A stretch of 64,000 nt of DNA, from the NCBI GenBank assembly GCA_050250375.1, contig JBFWOS010000001.1, positions 471,090 to 535,089 on the forward strand. Direction: 5' to 3'. Shown here piece after piece: positions 47,801-57,847 of the stretch (positions within the stretch are counted from its first letter, which is position 1; each line of letters begins with the position of its first letter). The notes beneath the pieces are model-generated. The model had not been told where the DNA came from. It saw only the letters and a list, made by a program, of their open reading frames with translations, and ran no database searches. This stretch comes from Candidatus Omnitrophota bacterium. GTDB lineage: Bacteria > Omnitrophota > Gorgyraeia > Zapsychrales > Zapsychraceae. The position numbers were made by a program, and so were the translations under genes.

Positions 47801-50267
47801 TATTACTTTTTCGATCAATCGTCTGTGTTTTGCCCGCATCAAAGGCATTCTTGATCCACCGATTAACACTAAAAAAGCGATTATCTTCCTCTTCGATATC
47901 ACGATGCGGGATTAATCCTAATTTTTTAGCCAAGTTCGCAGTTCTCATTTCGGATAAATCATTTTTGGCCAACATAGCTGTATCAGACGTTGAATCTTCT
48001 TCGTTAATAACTGTATATTTACTCCAAGATAGGCTATATCCCGCGACGAACTGTTCGAGAGGATTCGTAAAGACATTTTCATACGCACGGTCAACCAACT
48101 CTTCCCTTACTTCCAGAAACGGATCTTCGGTTTTGCTGGTTTTGGCCAGTTCCGGAATGATTCTGGACTGGACGTAACTTTGAATTTGCGTGATAAACGG
48201 CTTATAATCGCTTCGCTCTAAGGACACCTGGTTATAATCCACCTGTACCTGGCCCGTTAAGATAGAGCCAAAGCCGGCTTCGTCTAAAGCAGCATAAATA
48301 TCATCCTGGGTATTTGAAGTCGGGAAGGCTGATCGTTTCTTTTCACGAATCTCGGCAGTACCGTACTGATCCATATAATGCGTACGAACAGAATCATATT
48401 TTGAATCCATCGCGATCAAATTCATAACTTCCATGCCAACAAAATCGAATAATTGATGGACTCCAACAGCATTCTCGGGCAAAAGCGTTAAACCTTGAAT
48501 ATCGCCACTCCCCATCGTCAATGTTGCCCCGGGGTTCATGATGTCTTTGATACCTTTGAATGTGCGAACCAATTGGCTTTTGGGAATAAGATGCACAGCA
48601 TTTTCCATCATGATATGATCAGCTTTTAAATCCGGAATGTCCGAAACCGAAGCAAAGACTGGTGTTCCGGCAGAATCAATATCTGTTTGGGGAAGGATAT
48701 AAAATTCAATTTCATTAACGACATCGTCAAATTGTTGATATAGCGCGGCCCGGGCGTACTCCATATAAGCCCGTGATTGGCCATAGCCGACATCCGCTAA
48801 AACCAGTTTCTTAATTCGTTTACCTTCTTCCCTCAATCGGTTTAACAAATAGATTGAAGCGCCACCGGTGCCGGCCGATACATCCAGAACCACATCCTCG
48901 CCGGTAACACGGATGGATTGGACCACACTCTCCAGATCAAACGCCAAATTAGTTTGATACCAGTTCGCCTTGACCACCTTCTCACCATAAATGTATGCTC
49001 CACTTCCTACTCTGAATTTACCTTGATCCGGTTCAAGTCTTTCGACAAAAACATGATCATCCTCTATAACCCTGGCTTCTCCCGTCATGGCATTATCAAG
49101 CCTGACCGTCACATTTCGATTACCTGTTTCACTTAATTGGGTTAATTGTCTTGGAGTCAAATCGTTATGGGAAAAGATTGATTGATCAGGCGTATGGGTA
49201 AAGTCCCCTCCCCCGGAGAAATATTGTCGGGGAATCGCTTGTTGGGTGACGGGATCATAGTCTTCCTTTATGTAATTATAAACACCTTTCTTAAATGATT
49301 CGACATACTGATCATAAATCTTTTGATTTAAACTTTTATCTTGGGTTTCAATCCCGGCAGTCTTATTCCGATCGACATAGGCCTGGCCTATTAAACTTTC
49401 CTGCAAATTTTCTTTATACCAATTGGCAAGGATTACGGCATTATATATTTGACGAAGCTGGCTGAATGTTTTTCCCTGATTGATTTCTTTTTCAATCTCG
49501 GGGATCAAAACTTCCCGCACAACATCCAAAGATACTCCCGTTATAACATCAGCATCTTCCGCCGTCTGCCCATGCTTACCCACCGCTTGATTATTTTCGA
49601 GAGCAAGATAATCTTCCTCTAACAATACTTTTAGTTTACTTTCAACAATAACAGCGCTGTTCCCCTGTTCAAAAACAACGGCCTTTTCTGGAACAATCCA
49701 GATCTTATTAAATGTATTCATTGGTATTTCCGTAGTACCGAATTTCTCATAGGCCAACTGATGAACTTTCTTCCAGAATTCTTTACCGGTTTCATCTTCC
49801 GGATACATCATGGATGAAGTTAATTGCTTCAACATGTAATCTTGAGCTAAAAGATCAAGACCCATTTGAGTTTTACCAAAACTTTCCGGAACCATCCGAT
49901 TTTCTTCAAAAGGGGATAAATTAACCCAAAGTTCATTTTCGGGGATTGTTAAAGAGGCAAGAAAATATTTTATGAGCCGGTTGGATTCTTGCTGAAACTG
50001 ACTGTCATTAAGATTTTCTTCTCCCGGATTTATAATAAAACTCATCTGCAACGGATCGTTAGGATGGATCGTAATTCCTTTAATGATTGGCGGTGTATAT
50101 ATTCCAGTCGGGACAACCAAAGTGCCTGGAACGGGCAAGTTCATCGCATTCGCCTGAAACACTTGCGCATAGGAGGGGGGAATCACTGAAGTCACACCAA
50201 ACGCAGTTAAAATAAAACTATTGATGATTTTGCAAATCAGACCGTTTTTAAAATTGGAAAAACTCAT
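41865..50267 (-). CDS. Giant (2800 aa) multidomain protein with predicted signal peptide, class I SAM-methyltransferase motif, and an embedded PEP-synthase/PPDK-like module (PPDK_N ATP-grasp, phosphohistidine swivel, PEP-utilizers TIM barrel)
   Basis: One uninterrupted ORF. The N-terminus is [35 protein letters not shown]. Motifs, by aa position: approx 460, [17 protein letters not shown] (MTase motif I); approx 1095, [17 protein letters not shown] (PEP synthase VAVRSSATAED signature); approx 1612, [21 protein letters not shown] (swivel His); approx 1730, [11 protein letters not shown] and approx 2037, [20 protein letters not shown] (TIM-barrel motifs; compare ppdK in this window [20 protein letters not shown]). 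Confidence 0.85.
   Translation of the reverse strand: [2800 protein letters not shown]
43368..43700 (-). other. Second, degenerate PEP-utilizers swivel-like segment (aa approx 2190-2300)
   Basis: [35 protein letters not shown]...[14 protein letters not shown] parallels G.V.E.GG.TSHAAI.ARE.GIP.VVG....DGD.V.VDG..G.V, with the catalytic His region altered. Confidence 0.4.
43908..47270 (-). other. PEP synthase/PPDK-like catalytic module of the giant protein (aa approx 1000-2120: ATP-grasp, swivel His domain, TIM barrel)
   Basis: The order and motifs match PPDK/PEPS. See the CDS entry for the motifs. Confidence 0.7.
48468..48950 (-). other. Class I SAM-dependent methyltransferase-like domain of the giant protein (aa approx 440-600)
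   Basis: A Gly-rich motif I, [9 protein letters not shown], followed by an acidic residue at the end of beta-2 (LVLADVG). Confidence 0.5.
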
Positions 50268-50532
50268 GAATTACACCCCTTTTTTCTTTAATCGTTTCAA
50301 TCAGGATATCTTTAAAAATAAAATTACCGCCTGAGACAAAAAAAATCAGACAGAATCAAAAAATATTTGATCTGAAACTAAAGTTTTGAAATGTAATTCT
50401 GAATTGATTGGGGAATGTTGTCTTTTTTAAAGACAAAATTAGTATACTATATTAATTTAATTAGTCAATGGGAATTACTATGACTTACCCGGACAGCTGT
50501 TAGCTCTAATTTAAAAAAGTTATTTTTCTCAT

Positions 50533-50566
50533 AAAAAAGGGCAAGGATTATTATAAATCCTTGCCC
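50533..50566 (-). terminator. Rho-independent terminator downstream of groEL
   Basis: On the minus strand: GGGCAAGGATT-tataat-AATCCTTGCCC followed by TTTTTT. Confidence 0.8.
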
Positions 50567-50602
50567 TTTAATAACTTAAATTAAACTTCGATCAAGAAGT
50601 TA

Positions 50603-52270
<1,668 letters not shown>

Positions 52271-52300
52271 TTAAAATTCAATACTTTTGATTAATATGTT

Positions 52301-52591
52301 TTATCTGACTACAGCGAAAACATCATCTTCGCGCATGATTAAGAGTTCTTCACCCTCGTTTGTTGTTATTTCAGTGCCGCTGTATTTTCCATACAGAACA
52401 CGATCGCCCTTTTTTAATTCCAGAGCTTTTACTTTACCATCATCACCAACTTTTCCTTTTCCTACAGCAACGACTTTACCTTCTTGCGGTTTTTCCTTAG
52501 CTGTTTCCGGAAGAACAATACCACCTTTTGTTTTTTCTTCTGCCTCTAAAGGCCGTACAATGATTCTGTCTGCTAATGGTTGAATATCCAT
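52301..52591 (-). CDS. groS: Co-chaperonin GroES
   Basis: [44 protein letters not shown]... Confidence 0.95.
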   Translation of the reverse strand: MDIQPLADRIIVRPLEAEEKTKGGIVLPETAKEKPQEGKVVAVGKGKVGDDGKVKALELKKGDRVLYGKYSGTEITTNEGEELLIMREDDVFAVVR

Positions 52592-52645
52592 TCCTTTTTT
52601 CCTCCTATTGATAAAGGTTTAAACAGATTTATTAAAAAACTTTCT

Positions 52646-52672
52646 TTTAGCACTATCATCCTAAGAGTGCTA
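52646..52672. promoter_or_regulatory. CIRCE operator (HrcA binding site) upstream of groES
   Basis: TTAGCACTA-TCATCCTAA-GAGTGCTAA has the 9-N9-9 CIRCE layout, with one mismatch to the consensus TTAGCACTC-N9-GAGTGCTAA. It lies 55 nt upstream of the groES start. Confidence 0.8.
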
Positions 52673-52764
52673 ATTTACCAAAGATTTGCATTTTGTCAAG
52701 CTGTTTTTTATGCAGTCGTAAATTGTCTAATTGTAGTTGTTTGTGGATCTAAACTGGAAAGGCG

Positions 52765-53535
52765 CTAATGTGATTGAGAATGCTTGTATAATAAAGCCAT
52801 ACCTTTAAAAACCAAAAAACGGTCAATCTTTGTAATTTTAGCTGCAATAAACCGCTTCATAACAGTGGTGTAACCGCCCGTAACAATAATTTTAGGATTT
52901 CCTTTCACATTGCTTGAAATCCTGTCAATTAATCCATTACACATTTCCCCATATCCGTAAAATATCCCGCTAAGGATACTCTCTTGAGTATTCTTACCGA
53001 TCAATAATTTTGGTGATTTAACGGATTCGACTCTCGGCAACAGGGCCGTTTTTAAATATAACGATTCTATTGATAGCCGTATTCCAGGGACAATCAAGCC
53101 TCCTTCATAATGGCCTTTGGAAGATAGAACGTCAAATGTGATCGCCGTCCCGAAGTCTATCACAATCGCCGGATATCCATACAACATTTTCACCGCATAG
53201 GCAACAATAAGACGGTCCTGCCCCACTTGCTTGGGATTGTGATATCTGTTTACAACCGGAACCTCCAAGTCTTTACCAACGACCCGGGCAGGAACACCCA
53301 GTTCTCTCTTTATCAAACGAACAATTAAATTCGTCTTGTCCGGCACGACACTACAAACTATTGCTTCAGAAATTTTAATCTTCCCTCGGAAAATAGTGGT
53401 TATAATTTTCTGGAACCTACCGCTTAGATCCTTGGCGGTCAGTTGCACGTCAAGATTGCCGACCCATTTTACCCGCATTCCATTCAGGAGTGCGACTGAA
53501 ATTGAGGTGTTACCGATATCGATAGCTAAGATCAT
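52765..53535 (-). CDS. coaX: Type III pantothenate kinase
   Basis: MILAIDIGNTSISVALLNG... and the actin-fold ASKHA motifs (VIDFGTAITFDV, IVTGGY). Confidence 0.85.
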   Translation of the reverse strand: MILAIDIGNTSISVALLNGMRVKWVGNLDVQLTAKDLSGRFQKIITTIFRGKIKISEAIVCSVVPDKTNLIVRLIKRELGVPARVVGKDLEVPVVNRYHNPKQVGQDRLIVAYAVKMLYGYPAIVIDFGTAITFDVLSSKGHYEGGLIVPGIRLSIESLYLKTALLPRVESVKSPKLLIGKNTQESILSGIFYGYGEMCNGLIDRISSNVKGNPKIIVTGGYTTVMKRFIAAKITKIDRFLVFKGMALLYKHSQSH

Positions 53536-53640
53536 GATTCCTGCCCCGCTTCTTCATAAACATTTGGTTATTGATAAAAAATACCATTTTAATCATCCTG
53601 CATGGGACGTTGGCTTCCCAATTTGTTATAAATATTTTCC

Positions 53641-55665
53641 TTATGTCTTTCTCTTACGATTCTTTGGGGGACCCGATTTTTGAGAGCCCGCATCCATCCC
53701 CTCCTTGAGTTCCTGGATCTTATCACGAATACGAGCGGCTTTCTCAAATTGCAAATTTCTCGCTGCCGACTCCATCTCGCCTTCCAACTCAGACAAGAAA
53801 TTTGACAACGCATACTCCTCTTGTTTTTGTCCAACAACTCCCAGGATCGTTTCTTCAGCCTTTTCATAGGCCAAATCTTCAATTCCTTCCCGAATCATTT
53901 TCTTAATTGTTGATGGGGTAATGTTGTGTTTTTGATTAAAAGCACTTTGAATCTTTCTCCTGCGATCACACTCATACATGGTTGCTTTCATGGCTTCAGA
54001 GATGGTATCCGCATACATGATGACTAAACCATCAACATTTCGTGCCGCCCGTCCGGCTGTCTGAATTAAAGAAGTTTGTGACCTTAAAAATCCTTGTTTG
54101 TCGGCATCAAAAATTGCGACCAGGGTTACTTCGGGCAAATCCAATCCCTCCCTCAATAAGTTCACACCGACAAGACAATCAAACTTCTTTGTTCTGAGAT
54201 CTTTTAAGATTCTCGACCGGTCAATCGTATCAATATCAGAATGAAGATACTTGACGCTCAGACCTTGTTCGGTTAAATAATCGGTCAAATCCTCCGACAT
54301 TCGCTTAGTTAATGTGGTCACTAAAACACGTTGATTTATCTTAGAGCGTTTTTTTACCTCTTCAACCAAATCATCAACCTGCCCTTTAGTGGGCCTGACT
54401 TCTATCGGAGGATCAATAATGCCGGTCGGACGGATAATCTGTTCAATTATGTGCTTCCCGCTTATTTTTTTCTCATACAAACCCGGCGTCGCTGATACAT
54501 ATATTGTTTGATTGGTAATGGATTCAAACTCTTTAAATCTTAATGGACGATTATCCAAACAGGACGGTAGACGGAATCCATAATTAACTAATGTTTGTTT
54601 CCTGGCTTTATCGCCTTCATACATCCCGTTTAATTGCGGAATGGTGACATGCGATTCATCAATCAATGTTAAAAAATCTTGTGGGAAATAATCGATAAGA
54701 CAGTATGGCCTGCAGCCAGCGGGCCTCCCGGACAAAGATCGCGAATAATTTTCGATCCCGTGACAATAACCCATTTCTTTGAGCATCTCCAAGTCATAAC
54801 GCGTGCGCGAATTCAACCGCTGGGCTTCCGCATATTTCCCTTGGTCTTTAAACAACTTTAATTGACCCGTTAACTCTCCCTCGATTTCTTTCAAGGATTC
54901 TTCAATGCGAGGATGTGAAATAATAAAATGCTTGGCCGGATAAATGGCCACCTGGTCTAACGGCTGGATTTCGTTCCCTGAAACCGATTCAATCTGAGTA
55001 ATCTTCTCAATTTCATCTCCAAAAAACTGTACACGAACGGCATCCTGGCGATAAGCAGGGTAGATTTCCAATGTGTCGCCGCGCACGCGGACTTTCCCAC
55101 GGGAGAATTCATAGTCATTGCGTTCATACTGTATATCCACCAATCTTAAAAGAACTTCATCCCGGTCAATAACCTGACCAATCTTCAAGAAAAGCAGAAA
55201 CTCCTGATAATCCTGAGGAGATCCAAGATTATAAATACAAGACACGCTGGCAACAATAATGACGTCCCGCCTGGACATCAATGAAGTTGTCGAAGAAAGC
55301 CTGAGCCTATCCAGACGATCGTTGATGGAGGCATCTTTCTCAATATAAATATCCGTTTGAGGAATATATGCCTCCGGCTGATAGTAGTCATAATAACTCA
55401 CAAAATACTCTACTGCATTATGCGGAAAAAATTCCTTAAATTCGCTGTATAACTGGGCTGCCAAGGTTTTATTATGGGAAATAACCAGTGTCGGCCGATT
55501 GATTTTCTCGATCACATTGGCCAAAGTAAAAGTCTTACCACTCCCCGTAACACCTAACAGCACCTGGGATTTAATATTATTATTTATCCCCTCAACAAGT
55601 TTCCCAACCGCATCCAGCTGTTCGGTTACTGGTTTAAATTTACTCTCGAGCTTAAAGGATTCCAT
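53641..55665 (-). CDS. uvrB: Excinuclease ABC subunit B
   Basis: LGVTGSGKTFTLANVI, YFVSYYDYYQPEAYIP, the helicase motifs, and the C-terminal UVR domain (AARNLQFEKAARIRDKIQELK). Confidence 0.9.
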   Translation of the reverse strand: MESFKLESKFKPVTEQLDAVGKLVEGINNNIKSQVLLGVTGSGKTFTLANVIEKINRPTLVISHNKTLAAQLYSEFKEFFPHNAVEYFVSYYDYYQPEAYIPQTDIYIEKDASINDRLDRLRLSSTTSLMSRRDVIIVASVSCIYNLGSPQDYQEFLLFLKIGQVIDRDEVLLRLVDIQYERNDYEFSRGKVRVRGDTLEIYPAYRQDAVRVQFFGDEIEKITQIESVSGNEIQPLDQVAIYPAKHFIISHPRIEESLKEIEGELTGQLKLFKDQGKYAEAQRLNSRTRYDLEMLKEMGYCHGIENYSRSLSGRPAGCRPYCLIDYFPQDFLTLIDESHVTIPQLNGMYEGDKARKQTLVNYGFRLPSCLDNRPLRFKEFESITNQTIYVSATPGLYEKKISGKHIIEQIIRPTGIIDPPIEVRPTKGQVDDLVEEVKKRSKINQRVLVTTLTKRMSEDLTDYLTEQGLSVKYLHSDIDTIDRSRILKDLRTKKFDCLVGVNLLREGLDLPEVTLVAIFDADKQGFLRSQTSLIQTAGRAARNVDGLVIMYADTISEAMKATMYECDRRRKIQSAFNQKHNITPSTIKKMIREGIEDLAYEKAEETILGVVGQKQEEYALSNFLSELEGEMESAARNLQFEKAARIRDKIQELKEGMDAGSQKSGPPKNRKRKT

Positions 55666-55723
55666 TTGGACACCAAAAAAAAAGCGGGTTTTTGGCCCGC
55701 CCTACGCAATAAAACTTGTTAGT

Positions 55724-56215
55724 TTATTTTATGTAATTCTTAATAACTGTAAATATTCTTTCTGAAGCGATGGGATGTTTATAATTTTTAAACTCAGCAA
55801 AAGCAATCGAATTCACAGTAAGATATCGAATCTCAACTTCGGTCTCATTCGGCTGACTGGTACTTCTCAAATAAATATTAACTCTGGCAAAGCGTGTACC
55901 TAAAAATAACGGTAAATCTTTAATGTCTGAGAACAATAACAACTGCTTACCATTTGGATCTTTAATAGCGCTATGTTCAAATACATTTGGATCAGACATT
56001 GATACGATCTCCCACCCCGCTTCATTCAACGCCTTGGTAGTGGCTTCCAATGTCTTTTCAAAATTGGCATAAAGAACCTGTTTATAGGGATTCTCATCCT
56101 TAATATATTTGGGGACATTTACGGTTGAACACCCCAACAAACAACCCGTCATTAATAATGATAAAAATCTTCTACGCATATGTAATTTTAAAAGGAAATT
56201 AACAAATCTTGCCAT
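55724..56215 (-). CDS. Hypothetical lipoprotein
   Basis: A signal with lipobox (LLGCS). 163 aa. No family recognised. Confidence 0.4.
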   Translation of the reverse strand: MARFVNFLLKLHMRRRFLSLLMTGCLLGCSTVNVPKYIKDENPYKQVLYANFEKTLEATTKALNEAGWEIVSMSDPNVFEHSAIKDPNGKQLLLFSDIKDLPLFLGTRFARVNIYLRSTSQPNETEVEIRYLTVNSIAFAEFKNYKHPIASERIFTVIKNYIK

Positions 56216-56600
56216 GTTTATACGGCCGGGATTTATTTTTTATTGATTTTCTGACGATTTCCTCTTCGATATCAATACCTAACCCCCCGCACAGGTCAAA
56301 CAAACGGATAAATGCATCGGCGATTTCTTCTTTAAAATTTGCAGTATCCTTAATACGATGCCCCTCCATCGCTTCGGCCAATTCGGTGACAACCAGCATC
56401 AATGCCTCTCCAATATTTCTTTCCTGATCCCAAAATCCCTTTTCTTTGGCGATGCCATGGCATATTGCACACATTTCTGAAATCGTTTTCCCTTTCAATT
56501 CAGTTTCTTGCACGGAAGACCTCCATATCTTTAGGTAATTTTGAACTGACTTTAATCTTTTGACTGGTGACTGGATCGACCCATTCCAGTGATGCTGCAT
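56199..56600 (-). CDS. MazG-like nucleotide pyrophosphohydrolase domain protein (start probably internal)
   Basis: ICHGIAKEKGFW....ALMLVVTELAEAMEGHR.....EEIADAFIRLFDLCGGLGIDIEEEIVRK matches the MazG/NTP-PPase helix pattern (E..E.....E..D). The N-terminal approx 35 aa overlap the rluA-family gene. Confidence 0.55.
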   Translation of the reverse strand: MQHHWNGSIQSPVKRLKSVQNYLKIWRSSVQETELKGKTISEMCAICHGIAKEKGFWDQERNIGEALMLVVTELAEAMEGHRIKDTANFKEEIADAFIRLFDLCGGLGIDIEEEIVRKSIKNKSRPYKHGKIC

Positions 56601-57249
56601 GCAGGGCTGTCCGGTTGAATTTTAACGGAAAGCGGCGAACAATGGAATACTTTCTGTCCCCAACAATCGGGTGCCCCACTTGGCTGAACTGAATGCGGAT
56701 TTGGTTTGTTCGGCCCGTAATCGGTTGAACTTCTACTATACTGAACTGTCTTTTTTGTTCCAAAACACGAAAATGCGATTTTGCAAACTTAGGCGACTTT
56801 TGCTTATTATACTTTAAATGGTCAACATCTGAAATAAAACCTTGAATCTCTCCCGCATTTCTTTTTAAATTCCCTTGGACAAAAGCGATATATTTCTTTC
56901 CTACTTCCTGCTTCTTAAACAAATCCATCATAGTCTGTTGATACTTTTTGCCTTTAGCAAACATAATTACACCCGATGTTTCCCGGTCAAGGCGATGGCA
57001 TGGATGTAACTTGAAAGACTGGGCGAATTCCTGAAATTGCCGATTAACGGCAGCCACCATTGTCGTTGTTTCATTTCTGGGAGATGGAATCACAATCATC
57101 CCTGACGGCTTATCAAATATCACCACAATATCATTTTCAAAAAGAACAGGGATTTTATTCTTGATTATTCTCGAAGGCGCAGTCTCACCTTCCAGATCAT
57201 TCCGTTTGCGATTCATTTTCTGGGGACAATCTATCTTCAATAATCGCAA
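56500..57249 (-). CDS. RluA-family pseudouridine synthase
   Basis: The catalytic motif HRLDRETSGVIMFAKG. No S4 domain. Confidence 0.75.
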   Translation of the reverse strand: MRLLKIDCPQKMNRKRNDLEGETAPSRIIKNKIPVLFENDIVVIFDKPSGMIVIPSPRNETTTMVAAVNRQFQEFAQSFKLHPCHRLDRETSGVIMFAKGKKYQQTMMDLFKKQEVGKKYIAFVQGNLKRNAGEIQGFISDVDHLKYNKQKSPKFAKSHFRVLEQKRQFSIVEVQPITGRTNQIRIQFSQVGHPIVGDRKYSIVRRFPLKFNRTALHAASLEWVDPVTSQKIKVSSKLPKDMEVFRARN

Positions 57250-57418
57250 TTAAATAATTTAACTTTCGAATCAATACAATCGGAAACACGATAAACCACA
57301 TTAACAAAAATGTTTGTAATATCATCGCAAAATATAACTGTCCTTCCGTCAAGGGGACGCTCATCGTATGTTCCATTGTGAGTTTATAAAAATATCATTA
57401 TTAAATTTAAAATAGAAT

Positions 57419-57784
57419 TTAATTATCTAGGTATGAACTGACATAATCGGCGATACTTTCGGCATCACGTTTGGAGATGTCATTAAAAAAAATGGCGATG
57501 TTATGATCATTGCTATCTCCCACATGTTCTGCGCGCACGACAACACCATGAGCGGAAATCTGTTTCGTTACATCTTTACCATTTTTACGGATCGGCAACA
57601 ACAGACAGATCTTAATCTTAGTCATTGGTTCAATATACCGATCAACTTTACAATAAATGCCAGAACGGCTGATATTTGATGTCTCAGTAACAACATCCCC
57701 ATCGGTCTGCGAAATTCGAATCGGAACATTATTACTTAACCGCGGGTCTCTTCTTCTTTCCTGAGAAGGTTCATTCGTAACCAA
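57419..57784 (-). CDS. PilZ-domain protein (c-di-GMP receptor candidate)
   Basis: RRDPRLSNNVPIRI ... TSNISRSGIYCKV matches RxxxR ... (D/N)xSxxG. Confidence 0.65.
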   Translation of the reverse strand: MVTNEPSQERRRDPRLSNNVPIRISQTDGDVVTETSNISRSGIYCKVDRYIEPMTKIKICLLLPIRKNGKDVTKQISAHGVVVRAEHVGDSNDHNIAIFFNDISKRDAESIADYVSSYLDN

Positions 57785-57847
57785 GAAAACTCCTCTAATA
57801 TAATCTTGTATTTAGATCTATTTGAATTCTCAATAGTAGGCTGGGAC

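Noticed and set aside
53589-53882. 97-aa ORF overlapping the 3' end of uvrB
   Set aside because: It overlaps the well-supported uvrB reading frame, has an Arg-rich composition typical of an out-of-frame read-through, and shows no motif.
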